A stretch of 57,417 nt of DNA. Origin: a virus. Lineage: Duplodnaviria; Caudoviricetes. A program made the position numbers and the translations under genes. Every line of letters starts with the position of its first letter. Position 1 is the stretch's first letter. Of this stretch, positions 36,986-45,024 are shown in pieces. The stretch lies in IMG/VR virus record IMGVR_UViG_3300022897_000003, positions 1 through 57,417 of that record, one strand, 5' to 3'. The notes under the pieces were generated by a model, which was given only the letters and a program-made list of their open reading frames with translations, did not search any database and was not told the DNA's origin.

Positions 36986-37284
36986 CGGGTCGCCGCCGGC
37001 AGGCTGGTCGTGATGCTGTCGAACTCGGCCCAGGTCACGTGCCACCACTCGACGTCGCAGCTGTCGGCGCCGTCCTCACCCAGCTCGAGGTGCAGCACGA
37101 ACGCGCAATCGCCGTCGCAGTCACCCTCGTCCTCCGGTGTGTCCTCGCACTGCGCGACCGTGATCAAGGTCTGCCAGTACGGCGGGCGGTCGTCGTTCGC
37201 CACGTTGATGCGGTCGCCGGCCTGCGCAACCCTCTTCTCGAACGGGATGGGGCGGGTGTAGAGGGTCTCGGTCAGCGTCTCCAC
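36982..37284 (-). CDS. acidic hypothetical protein, first gene of the transfer operon
   Basis: AAGGAGG RBS before GTG 37284. Confidence 0.65.
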   Translation of the reverse strand: METLTETLYTRPIPFEKRVAQAGDRINVANDDRPPYWQTLITVAQCEDTPEDEGDCDGDCAFVLHLELGEDGADSCDVEWWHVTWAEFDSITTSLPAATR

Positions 37285-37318
37285 GCGAGCCTCCTTGGTT
37301 GGCGGGACCGTGCGTCCC

Positions 37319-37409
37319 GTGTATGGACACAGTAGCTCCGCGTGTATGGACACGCAAGGCCGTTGTGTATGGACACAGTGCCAACTAGGATGGCGGCATG
37401 TATGGACAC
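37319..37409. promoter_or_regulatory. four operator repeats GTGTATGGACAC overlapping the leftward promoter
   Basis: Copies at 37319, 37342, 37365, 37398 (1 mismatch); minus-strand TTGCGT(37357-52)-N17-TACTGT(37334-29). Confidence 0.85.
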
Positions 37410-37619
37410 TCCGATAAGATCGCCCGCGTGCCGAACCCCGAGAACTTCACGCCTATCCGGTCTATCCGGATCGCTGCCGCCACGTGGGACACAGCGAAGG
37501 CGCGGGCGCGTGAGCAGGGGAAATCCATGAGCGAGCTCGTCCGCGAATTCCTCGACTGGTGGCTGCGGGTGCCTGGCGCGAAGTTGCCGAAACGACCACC
37601 GCCACGGAGCGAGAAGTAG
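37398..37619 (+). CDS. ribbon-helix-helix repressor (Kor-like; start 37398 or 37428)
   Basis: TPIRSIRI...WDTAKARAREQGKSMSELVREFL; divergent from the transfer operon. Confidence 0.8.
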   Translation: MYGHSDKIARVPNPENFTPIRSIRIAAATWDTAKARAREQGKSMSELVREFLDWWLRVPGAKLPKRPPPRSEK

Positions 37620-37624
37620 TTCGG

Positions 37625-37942
37625 TCATCCCGCCAGCCGCCAGGCTCGGATCGCTGCGAAAGCAGCCGTCTGCAGCAGGGCGGCTATCTGCATGGCCTGC
37701 GCCGGCGACATCGGCGCCGACGCCGCGCCTTCCAGTCGAATCGACGGCACCTCGCCAGGACGGTCAACCTGCTCGAGCGAGACGAACAGGTCCCTGATTT
37801 CGCCCGCCGACGACACCTTGACGATCTCGTCGAGGCTGGTGTGAACTACGCCCTCAGTCGAGGGCAGATGGTCCCCCGAGCACCACGCTGGGCACCCCGC
37901 GGCCGTCGAGGACTTTGAGGTCGCAGGCCAGGTTCGTTCCAT
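37625..37942 (-). CDS. hypothetical protein (CPAWC..H family)
   Basis: GCPAWCSGDH...H...MSPAQAMQIAALL. Confidence 0.6.
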   Translation of the reverse strand: MERTWPATSKSSTAAGCPAWCSGDHLPSTEGVVHTSLDEIVKVSSAGEIRDLFVSLEQVDRPGEVPSIRLEGAASAPMSPAQAMQIAALLQTAAFAAIRAWRLAG

Positions 37943-37984
37943 GGGCTTACGATCCGGCCCGAATGCCCCCGGCCGCGGCGACGT

Positions 37985-38030
37985 TGTCGGCGACAAAGGC
38001 ACGACAACCTAGGCGACAAACAGGCGACAC
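37985..38030. promoter_or_regulatory. helically phased CGACA operator repeats
   Basis: CGACA at 37991, 38002, 38014, 38025 plus inverted TGTCG at 37985, between divergent genes. Confidence 0.65.
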
Positions 38031-38048
38031 AAAGGTACCGTGATCTCC

Positions 38049-38780
38049 ATGAACACGGCCCTTCGAGCTGCACGAACGTCGATGCGGATGAGCCAGGACG
38101 AGCTGGCTGCCGCCATGCAGGCCGCCGCCCGGCGTGCCGGTGACTCCCTTGCTGTCAGCAAGCGCACCATCCAGCGCTGGGAAGCCGATGGCAGCAAGAT
38201 GCCCCGTGCCGTCTATGCGCGCGCCCTGGAGGCCGTCACCGGTCTGCCGATCGAGTCGCTGGGTTTCCCGGCCGGTGCCGACGCCATGGTCGTGGACGAC
38301 GGCCGGGGCGGTCACGATCTGGAAGTGCGCACGCCGGCGCTAGGCCCGGGTGAAGCGCGTAAGGCTCAGGGCAACTTCGGCGGTATCTGGCTCAGCAGGT
38401 ACGAGTACTTCTCCAGCGGTCGCAGTGGCATGTTCGCCAGCCAGCACTATGTCGTCCTGCTCCAGCACGGCGATCGGCTGACCGTCCGCAGCCTGCCCGG
38501 CTCGGCCGACTCATCCGTCGGCATGGACCTCACAGCCGACGGCAACATCGTCACCGGCACCTGGGTCGAGGAGACAGCAGCCAACGGCTACTACCGGGGC
38601 GCGCGATATCACGGCGCCATCCAAATGCTGGCCGAGCCCACAGGCCGCAGAGTCAGCGGCAAGTGGGTGGGTTTCGGCAAAGACTTCGAGGTCAACACCG
38701 GCCCCTGGTCGCTGATCTTCATGGACGCGTCGACCAGCAAGGCAACTCTGGCCGCCTACGACCGGCGGCCCAACGACTAA
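38049..38780 (+). CDS. XRE-family regulator with C-terminal beta-barrel-like domain
   Basis: LRAARTSMRMSQDELA...KRTIQRWE; C-terminal GIWLSRYEY...GTW...YHGAIQM...GKWVGF. Confidence 0.85.
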   Translation: MNTALRAARTSMRMSQDELAAAMQAAARRAGDSLAVSKRTIQRWEADGSKMPRAVYARALEAVTGLPIESLGFPAGADAMVVDDGRGGHDLEVRTPALGPGEARKAQGNFGGIWLSRYEYFSSGRSGMFASQHYVVLLQHGDRLTVRSLPGSADSSVGMDLTADGNIVTGTWVEETAANGYYRGARYHGAIQMLAEPTGRRVSGKWVGFGKDFEVNTGPWSLIFMDASTSKATLAAYDRRPND

Positions 38781-38801
38781 GCCGCCACCAGCCACTGGCA
38801 G

Positions 38802-38842
38802 ACAGCAGCCCCCGACCCGTCTATGGGTCGGGGGCTGCTGTT
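38802..38842. terminator. terminator
   Basis: ACAGCAGCCCCCGACCCGT-CT-ATGGGTCGGGGGCTGCTGTT. Confidence 0.8.
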
Positions 38843-38949
38843 GCGTGATGCACCCCATTCTCCCTGGCCAGGGGACTTGTTTCTGTCTCGGACAAGACAT
38901 TAACGTAGACCCAAACGTCGCGTGTGTCATGTGAGACAGAGGTGGTAGC

Positions 38950-39198
38950 GTGCCGAACGTGCCGAGGCCGCTCACGAAGCTGACCGACGAGCAGCAAGCC
39001 CTGCTCGCGGCGGCGGTGAAGGCAGCCGAGAAGTCCGACGAGGCGTCACGCCGCGCCGAGCAGGTGAAGGACGACGCGTGGCAGGCGATCCTCGAAGCTC
39101 GGAACGCCGGAGTCCCTGACGACCTTCTGTGCAAACAGACCGGTTTTAGTCGTGCGACCTTGAACCGCAGGTTCGGCACACGACCGGCGGGGACGTAG
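38950..39198 (+). CDS. small HTH DNA-binding protein
   Basis: AILEARNAGVP..LCKQTGFSRATLNR. Confidence 0.7.
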   Translation: MPNVPRPLTKLTDEQQALLAAAVKAAEKSDEASRRAEQVKDDAWQAILEARNAGVPDDLLCKQTGFSRATLNRRFGTRPAGT

Positions 39199-39477
39199 CC
39201 CTGACCGATGGGCACGAGAGTCGAGCGAAGGAACTTTCCAGCCGCTGACCATTCTCCTGAGTAGAGTCCGGTCGGATCATTGGGTAAATACTCTGCAAGT
39301 TGCAGGTAGTAGCCCAGTAAACGAAACAGACTCGCAATAGATGCGGGTGGACCTTGATGTCATACGGTTGATGATCTAAGCCGGTCGGACGGGTAGCAAT
39401 GATCTCTATTTCGCCTGATGATGCAGGTTCGTTCCTGTATCACGCAAGACCGGAAACATCCCCTGGGGAGGGCTCTC

Positions 39478-39975
39478 ATGACGACGCCGATCGGCCGGGA
39501 CCGCCACGAGCAAGACGCGGCGAAACTCTCCACATCGGAATTGCACGACCCGGCTGACATGACCGAATCGATGATCCGCGCCCGGGGGACCTGGACGATC
39601 GTCTTCGGCGTCGCGACCAGCCTGCTCACTATCGGACTCGCGACCCTGTGGGACAAGGCGTACGACGAGGACATGCCACTGGCCTATGTGCTGCCGCTGT
39701 ACTTCGTCTCGCTGGGTTGCATCTTCGTCGGGGCCATGGAACATCTGAGCCGGCCCGTCCGTGCCGCGCACGCTGAGGCCCTGGCCAGGATGGACCAGAT
39801 CGAAGACGGCCTGCTGATGCTGGTGAAGCTGCTGCCCGACGAGCTGGCGAACCGCTGGTACGCCGGCTACGGCACCGCGGCCCGCGAGGTGCGCCGCACC
39901 GGCACCGAGCCTGACCGCGGTTCGGCCGAGATCCTCAACTTGCGGCGGCGCGCCGAGCGGCACCGCAACAGCTGA
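39478..39975 (+). CDS. two-TM membrane protein next to integrase
   Basis: Two hydrophobic helices; GGGGAGGG RBS; AT-richer upstream region. Confidence 0.65.
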   Translation: MTTPIGRDRHEQDAAKLSTSELHDPADMTESMIRARGTWTIVFGVATSLLTIGLATLWDKAYDEDMPLAYVLPLYFVSLGCIFVGAMEHLSRPVRAAHAEALARMDQIEDGLLMLVKLLPDELANRWYAGYGTAAREVRRTGTEPDRGSAEILNLRRRAERHRNS

Positions 39976-39976
39976 C

Positions 39977-40918
39977 TCAGAGGTCGCCCATCACGTTGAC
40001 CCGGTCGTAGGCCCGCCGTGCCCTGGCCGCCCGGGCCGAGGCGCCGTAGTGGCGTAGCATTTGCGGGGACTCCCAGCCGTTGAGCTCCATCAGGTCACCC
40101 TCAGCGCCGCCTGCGTCCAGCCAGTTGTGGCTGAAGGTGTGCCGGAACAGGTGCGGGTGGATGTCGAGACCGAGCCGCTCGCCGCGCCGCTCGATGATCT
40201 GCCGGATCCCGGACGGGGTCATCGGCACCCGCCGCCTCGTGCCCAGCCATAGAACGTCCAGCTCTGCTGCGGCATGGCTAGCGCGGATGCGCAGGTAGCG
40301 ATCCAGGGCCAAGGCGCACTTGTGGTCGAACTTCAGCTTGCGGGTCTTGTCGCCTTTGCCGGTCACCACTACGGTGCGGTCCTTGACGTCGACGTCGGCG
40401 AGGCGGATCTTCGTGACCTCCGACAACCGGCCGCCGGTGCATGCGAACAGCCGGAGCAGAGCGGCGTCGCGGCGTGATTCGAAATCGCGGCCGGCCTCAG
40501 CAGACTTGATGAGCCGGCGCATGTCGTCCAGCTCGATCACCGGGGGCGGCTTGCTACCGATCTTCGGTGGTGGCGGCGGCTTGAAACGGGCGTAGGGGTT
40601 GGGCAGGTCCTCCTCCTCGGAGAACCACTTGAAGAATGCCTGCAGGCATCGGCCGATGTTGTTGCGGTAGGACTGGGCGTAGCCGATCTCGTGCATGTGC
40701 AGGAAGAACAGGCGCAGCTGGTCGCGGTCGACCTGGTCCCAGCGCTGCGCCTGCTTCTCGCGGGTGAGCCAGCCGGCGAACCACCGGACGGCGTCGCCGT
40801 ACATCTCACGTGTCCGTTCGGAGCGTTCGGCGACGTGCAGGACCAGGTCGAACGACTCGATGAACGAGGCCAGCGCCGGCGGCGCCGGCGGGACTTCTCC
40901 CCTGTGACTGGCCATCAT
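39977..40918 (-). CDS. int: tyrosine integrase (short, no arm-binding domain)
   Basis: TGGRLSE, GKGDKTR, HPHLFRHTF, GW..PQMLRHY; adjacent attP. Confidence 0.93.
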   Translation of the reverse strand: MMASHRGEVPPAPPALASFIESFDLVLHVAERSERTREMYGDAVRWFAGWLTREKQAQRWDQVDRDQLRLFFLHMHEIGYAQSYRNNIGRCLQAFFKWFSEEEDLPNPYARFKPPPPPKIGSKPPPVIELDDMRRLIKSAEAGRDFESRRDAALLRLFACTGGRLSEVTKIRLADVDVKDRTVVVTGKGDKTRKLKFDHKCALALDRYLRIRASHAAAELDVLWLGTRRRVPMTPSGIRQIIERRGERLGLDIHPHLFRHTFSHNWLDAGGAEGDLMELNGWESPQMLRHYGASARAARARRAYDRVNVMGDL

Positions 40919-41020
40919 GCCCCGATCAGTAAGCGAGTCCTGCGCGAACGACTAAGCCAATCGCATCAGACCTGATACCGTCAAGGAACAACGATGTTTT
41001 CACTGGTCAGGTACCTTTTG

Positions 41021-41062
41021 TGGGCGCGGTAGGTTTCGAACCTACGACCCCTCGCTTGTAAG
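41021..41062 (-). other. attP core, matching the 3' half of a tRNA-Val(TAC)
   Basis: Reverse complement CTTACAA-GCGAG-GGGTC-GTAGG-TTCGAAA-CCTAC-CGCGCCC-A; 5' half absent. Confidence 0.85.
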
Positions 41063-41152
41063 TAGAACCGCGTTCAACGACTAGGCACAACACCCTGAAC
41101 TGCAGGACCCCATCAACGGAAAACGCGTAAGCGAGTACTCCCCCAGATCGTC

Positions 41153-41575
41153 TCAGCCGACCTGCTTGCGGCCGCCGCCCGACTCCTGCTCGGCGCGGAA
41201 GCGCAGAAACTCCAGCCACTCGGCCTTGCGACGCGGATCGACTTTCGGGTCCTCGAGAATGGCGATGGCCTCCTCGGTCGTGGCGTGGAACATGCGGGTG
41301 CCCTCGGCCGGCAGACCCATCTCCTCATCGGTGATGTAGCCGAGCACCACCGGTATCCGGCGCAGGTCCAGGCGCAGGGCGCTGAAGATGGCCCGGGCCG
41401 TCGCGGGATCAGGGGTGCGCGTCTTGCCCTGTTCGTAGCGGTTGATGGTCGGGCGCGACACGCCGGCACGCTCAGCTAGATCGTCCTGGCTCCAGCCACG
41501 GCTTTCCCGCGTTGCCCTGATGAGGTCAGCGAACCGCCGCAGGGGTTCGTCCTCAGGCTGAGCAGTGTCCGACAT
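41153..41575 (-). CDS. immunity repressor (CI-like XRE HTH)
   Basis: IRATRESRGWSQDDLAERAGVSRPTINRYEQGK; divergent from Cro-like gene. Confidence 0.88.
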   Translation of the reverse strand: MSDTAQPEDEPLRRFADLIRATRESRGWSQDDLAERAGVSRPTINRYEQGKTRTPDPATARAIFSALRLDLRRIPVVLGYITDEEMGLPAEGTRMFHATTEEAIAILEDPKVDPRRKAEWLEFLRFRAEQESGGGRKQVG

Positions 41576-41610
41576 GCTCCCACGATAGTGCAGGTCAGAT
41601 ACTGGATCAC

Positions 41611-41824
41611 GTATCGGGTGGGTTACGTATCCGAACTGATTCACCATCGCTGGCCCCATGTGAAGTCCCCCATCACGGCATTCGCGTCTGCGACAACAGA
41701 GTGACATAGATCGATTACCTGACCAATGGGATCCGTATGCCCTCTTGCGTATCAGACTTGATACGTGCATGCTGTGTATCGTGCTTGATACGCGAACTGT
41801 TCCGGAGGTCATCGTGGCTGATAC
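41611..41824. promoter_or_regulatory. lysis/lysogeny switch: GTATC-N6-GATAC operators and rightward promoter
   Basis: Perfect at 41749 and 41776; degenerate at 41611, 41627, 41809; TTGCGT(41745)-N17-CATGCT(41768). Confidence 0.75.
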
Positions 41825-42077
41825 GCCCCGAGGGCCGTTCCCCCGGCTCAACCCTGCAGCGGTCGAGCGCGCCAAGACGTGGCTCGACATCACCGACATC
41901 GATGCCCTGGGCAAGGAGCTCGGCTTCAGCCGACAGAGCTTCTGGCGTGTGCGCCGAGGCGAGTACGACATTCGCCTCTCGCACGCCCTCACCGTCGCCG
42001 AACGCCTCCAGATCCCGCTTTACCAGGCGTTCGACATCCCGCTGCACATCGCTCTCGAGGTGGGACCCCATGCCTGA
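41814..42077 (+). CDS. Cro-like HTH protein
   Basis: DALGKELGFSRQSFWRVRRG; GGAGG RBS. Confidence 0.75.
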   Translation: MADTPRGPFPRLNPAAVERAKTWLDITDIDALGKELGFSRQSFWRVRRGEYDIRLSHALTVAERLQIPLYQAFDIPLHIALEVGPHA

Positions 42078-42324
42078 ACACAGCACCCACCACCGCAGCG
42101 CGGGCCGCATCGGCGGACTCACCCGGGCTGCCCGCAAAACCAACGAGGAGCACCGCAAGCAACGCGCCGCCGAAGGGCGCATGCGCCGCTTCCTCCAGCA
42201 GGTCCCCGCCGAGATCACCGACCCCGCCGAGCGGATGAGATCCGCCCAGCTGCTGCAGCGCGCCGAGATGACCCGCATCGCACAGAAGTCCGCCGCTCTG
42301 CGACGCAAGACCCGAGCGGCCTAG
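42070..42324 (+). CDS. hypothetical early protein
   Basis: GRIGGLTRAA...RFLQQV...DPAER...AQKSA. Confidence 0.7.
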   Translation: MPEHSTHHRSAGRIGGLTRAARKTNEEHRKQRAAEGRMRRFLQQVPAEITDPAERMRSAQLLQRAEMTRIAQKSAALRRKTRAA

Positions 42325-42457
42325 AAGCGCCGTCCCGGGCGCTGCTGCTTCGAAATGGCCGGCGCCCGGGGCGGAACGAACCACCAGAAAAACCAGCGCT
42401 GCCAGCCCGTCCCTAGCCGGAGAGCTGACAGCGCGTGTCGAAAGGAATGGTCCCACA

Positions 42458-42796
42458 GTGACCGATCAGCCGACAACCACCCAGCCTCCAGACCATCGCG
42501 CCTCTGTCGTCGCCGGCATTCGCGCCCTGGCCGACTTCATCGAGACCCGCACCGATCTGCCTGTGCCGGATGGCGCCACCGCGCAGTACTCCGAGCTGGA
42601 CCGTTCCAAGGTCGAACAGGTGGTACGCCAGGTCGCCGCCGCGCTCGGCATCGAGCCGCACCTGCACTCGACGAACAACGGGATCTCGATCGATCACACC
42701 ATCGCCGAGCATGGCTTCCCCGACTACTTCCAGGTCAAGTACACCGTCTACGGGTTCCTGCCCACCGCCGACGATGAGGCCGGTGAGCAGGCATGA
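42458..42796 (+). CDS. hypothetical protein
   Basis: AGIRALADFIETRTDLPVP. Confidence 0.7.
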   Translation: MTDQPTTTQPPDHRASVVAGIRALADFIETRTDLPVPDGATAQYSELDRSKVEQVVRQVAAALGIEPHLHSTNNGISIDHTIAEHGFPDYFQVKYTVYGFLPTADDEAGEQA

Positions 42797-43314
42797 CCGC
42801 AGCTGTCGACTTCACGGTCACCGACGCCGAGAAGGCCGAGATCATCGCCGCCGGCCTCCAGCGCTTCGCCGCCGGCCTGCACCACGCCGACGCCGCCCAG
42901 CTTGCCTACGAGGCCAACCGGCTCGAAGACCTGCAGCTCGTCCACGCCTCGCCGGTGACGATCCAGATGCAGGCGTACGTCGCCGCCGAGCAGGACCTGC
43001 GCCGCGCGCACCAGCTCCTCGCCGAGCTGGGCGACAGCGCCGACGCGATCGCTGACCGGCTGCGCGCGCTCGGCATCAAGGGCGCCCAGTGCTACTCCGG
43101 CTACTGCCCCCTGGCCATCTACCTCGAGAACAACGGGATCACGGCCTACATCAGCCGCGAGGAGATCTCGGTCGCCGTCACCGCCGACGTGCTGGTCCGC
43201 ATGGACGTGCCGCCCCCGGTCGCCACGTTCATCAAGCACTTCGACAACGGCATCCACCTCGACCTGATCGACCCCAAGCTCACCGACCTCGTCAACGACC
43301 GGGTGCTGCCGTGA
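42793..43314 (+). CDS. hypothetical protein
   Basis: IADRLRALGIKG...CPLAIYL...FIKHFDNG. Confidence 0.7.
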   Translation: MTAAVDFTVTDAEKAEIIAAGLQRFAAGLHHADAAQLAYEANRLEDLQLVHASPVTIQMQAYVAAEQDLRRAHQLLAELGDSADAIADRLRALGIKGAQCYSGYCPLAIYLENNGITAYISREEISVAVTADVLVRMDVPPPVATFIKHFDNGIHLDLIDPKLTDLVNDRVLP

Positions 43315-43934
43315 ACCCGCGCTTCGAGCTGCGCCCGCTCGGCATCTGGGGCCGGCCGGTCACCAACCCTCGCAGCAGCTCCGCCCACTTCCGGGCCACC
43401 TGGGACAACACGATCAAGCTGCTGCTCAGGGAGGTCGACCGGCTCGATGGCAGCCTGGTCGTCATCCAGATCGACGCCGAACCCGCCGACCTGCGCCGAG
43501 ACGGAATGCTCCGGTCCCGGGCCCGCGTCGGAGCCTTCCCCGGCGTCAAGGTCTCCCTCGAATCGCGGCATGGGCCGCTCACCTACGCAACCGACGCTTT
43601 CGAGGGCTGGCAGGCGAACGTCCGGGCGATCGCCCTGGCCCTCGAGTCGCTGCGCGCGGTCGATCGCTACGGCGTCTCCGGCAGCGGCGAGCAGTACCGC
43701 GGGTGGTCAGCGATCACGGCCGCGCCGGCCGAGGCCGAGATGACGGCCGACGAGGCCCGCCGCGTGCTGGCGGATGCGGCTGGCGTCAGCGTCGACTACT
43801 TCGACACTCCGGCACGCGTGAACATTGGCTACCGCATCGCAGCTCGGACTGCGCACCCGGACGCCGGTGGCAACGACGATGTCTTCCGGCTCATCACCAA
43901 AGCCCGTGACGTGCTGCTCGGTGAGGTCCGGTGA
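43311..43934 (+). CDS. J-domain-containing phage protein
   Basis: C-terminal YRIAARTAHPDAGG...FRLITKARDVL. Confidence 0.75.
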   Translation: MNPRFELRPLGIWGRPVTNPRSSSAHFRATWDNTIKLLLREVDRLDGSLVVIQIDAEPADLRRDGMLRSRARVGAFPGVKVSLESRHGPLTYATDAFEGWQANVRAIALALESLRAVDRYGVSGSGEQYRGWSAITAAPAEAEMTADEARRVLADAAGVSVDYFDTPARVNIGYRIAARTAHPDAGGNDDVFRLITKARDVLLGEVR

Positions 43935-44092
43935 AGACCATCATCGGCGCGGGCGCGCTCTTCTGGGCCGCCGCCATCGCGCTGGTCGCGGCCCTGATTC
44001 GCGGACAGCACGACCAGGCGGTCTGGTACGCGGTCGCCCTCGTGGCGTTCCTCCTGGCCGCCGTAGTCGCGATCTGGCGGGAGTGGCGATGA
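43931..44092 (+). CDS. small membrane protein
   Basis: Hydrophobic 53-aa ORF coupled on both sides. Confidence 0.55.
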   Translation: MKTIIGAGALFWAAAIALVAALIRGQHDQAVWYAVALVAFLLAAVVAIWREWR

Positions 44093-44517
44093 ACGAGCCC
44101 AGCCGCTACCGCACCGGCCGCCTGCGCCCGCCGGCCGACAAGCCGACCCACGTCTACGTCTCGGCCAACAGCCTCGCCTGGAACCCCGCCACCGCCGAGC
44201 AGGGCGGCACCGTCCCGCTCGAATGGGCCCGGGCCGCCGGCGACCAGGGCGACACGGTCGGCTTCATCCCGGCCGAGCCGACCCCGGTCGACCCCGAGTC
44301 CACGGCGGTCATCGCCATCGCTCCGGCGGTGCGCGTCCCGACCGTCGACGACGTCGAGCGCGAGCTGCGCCGGCCCGCCCGGCAGGACCCGCCGATCTAC
44401 GCCGAGCTGGTCCGCACCCTCGGCCTCCCCAAAGTCAAGTTCCTGGCCTGGCTGATCGGTGAACGCCACACGACCAGCTGGCCCATCGCCACCCAGGAGG
44501 TGGAAACCCATGGCTAA
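44089..44517 (+). CDS. hypothetical protein
   Basis: ATGA-coupled ORF. Confidence 0.6.
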   Translation: MNEPSRYRTGRLRPPADKPTHVYVSANSLAWNPATAEQGGTVPLEWARAAGDQGDTVGFIPAEPTPVDPESTAVIAIAPAVRVPTVDDVERELRRPARQDPPIYAELVRTLGLPKVKFLAWLIGERHTTSWPIATQEVETHG

Positions 44518-44863
44518 ATCGCAGACGAAGCCCAACGCCGAGCTTGCGTATCGCGTGCTCGACCACATCGACGCGAACCCAAAGAGCTGGGACCAGGGAG
44601 TGTGGTGGTGCGGCACGTCCGGTTGTTTCGCAGGTTGGACTTGTGCCCTTTCCGGCGAGCAGCCCGAGCGCGACTACGCGAACGGCATCTACGTGCCGGA
44701 GCGTGCAGCCCAGCTGCTCGGTTTCGAAACGCGCGACGACATGGACGTGGTGACTGATGTCGCGGGGGAGCAATCTTGGCTGTTCAGCCCCGATAACACT
44801 CGCGAAGATCTCGGTCGCATGGTCGCCGAGATCTTCGGTCCGCGCCCGGGCGGTGCGTCGTGA
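44510..44863 (+). CDS. hypothetical protein
   Basis: VLDHIDANPKSWDQ..W.CGTSGCFAGW; GGAGG RBS. Confidence 0.7.
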   Translation: MAKSQTKPNAELAYRVLDHIDANPKSWDQGVWWCGTSGCFAGWTCALSGEQPERDYANGIYVPERAAQLLGFETRDDMDVVTDVAGEQSWLFSPDNTREDLGRMVAEIFGPRPGGAS

Positions 44864-45024
44864 CCCACGACCAGGCCGTCATCGCCCGCCGCGTCATCAA
44901 CGCCGCCAAGCAGATCGAGCGCGCGGCCCAGTACGGCGTCAACGCCCTCGCCGCGGCCGCCGAATACGACCAGGCCCGGGCCGAGCAGACCAAGGCCCAG
45001 CAGGCGCAGGGGCGTGCAGCATGA
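44860..45024 (+). CDS. small hypothetical protein
   Basis: GTGA/ATGA-coupled 54-aa ORF. Confidence 0.5.
   Translation: MTHDQAVIARRVINAAKQIERAAQYGVNALAAAAEYDQARAEQTKAQQAQGRAA

Noticed and set aside
37319-37409. Regularly spaced repeats as a mini-CRISPR
   Set aside because: 12-bp repeats with 11-21-bp spacers are too short, they overlap a promoter, and there is no cas operon (the Cas4-like gene is a standalone phage exonuclease).
41021-41062. Second functional tRNA gene
   Set aside because: Only anticodon loop to acceptor 3' strand is present; no D-arm or 5' acceptor strand, so it is the attP core.
40918-41575. Integration-dependent immunity system (attP inside repressor, ssrA-like tags)
   Set aside because: The repressor stops at 41153, about 90 bp before attP, and neither Rep (..KQVG) nor Int (..MGDL) ends in an ssrA-like tag.
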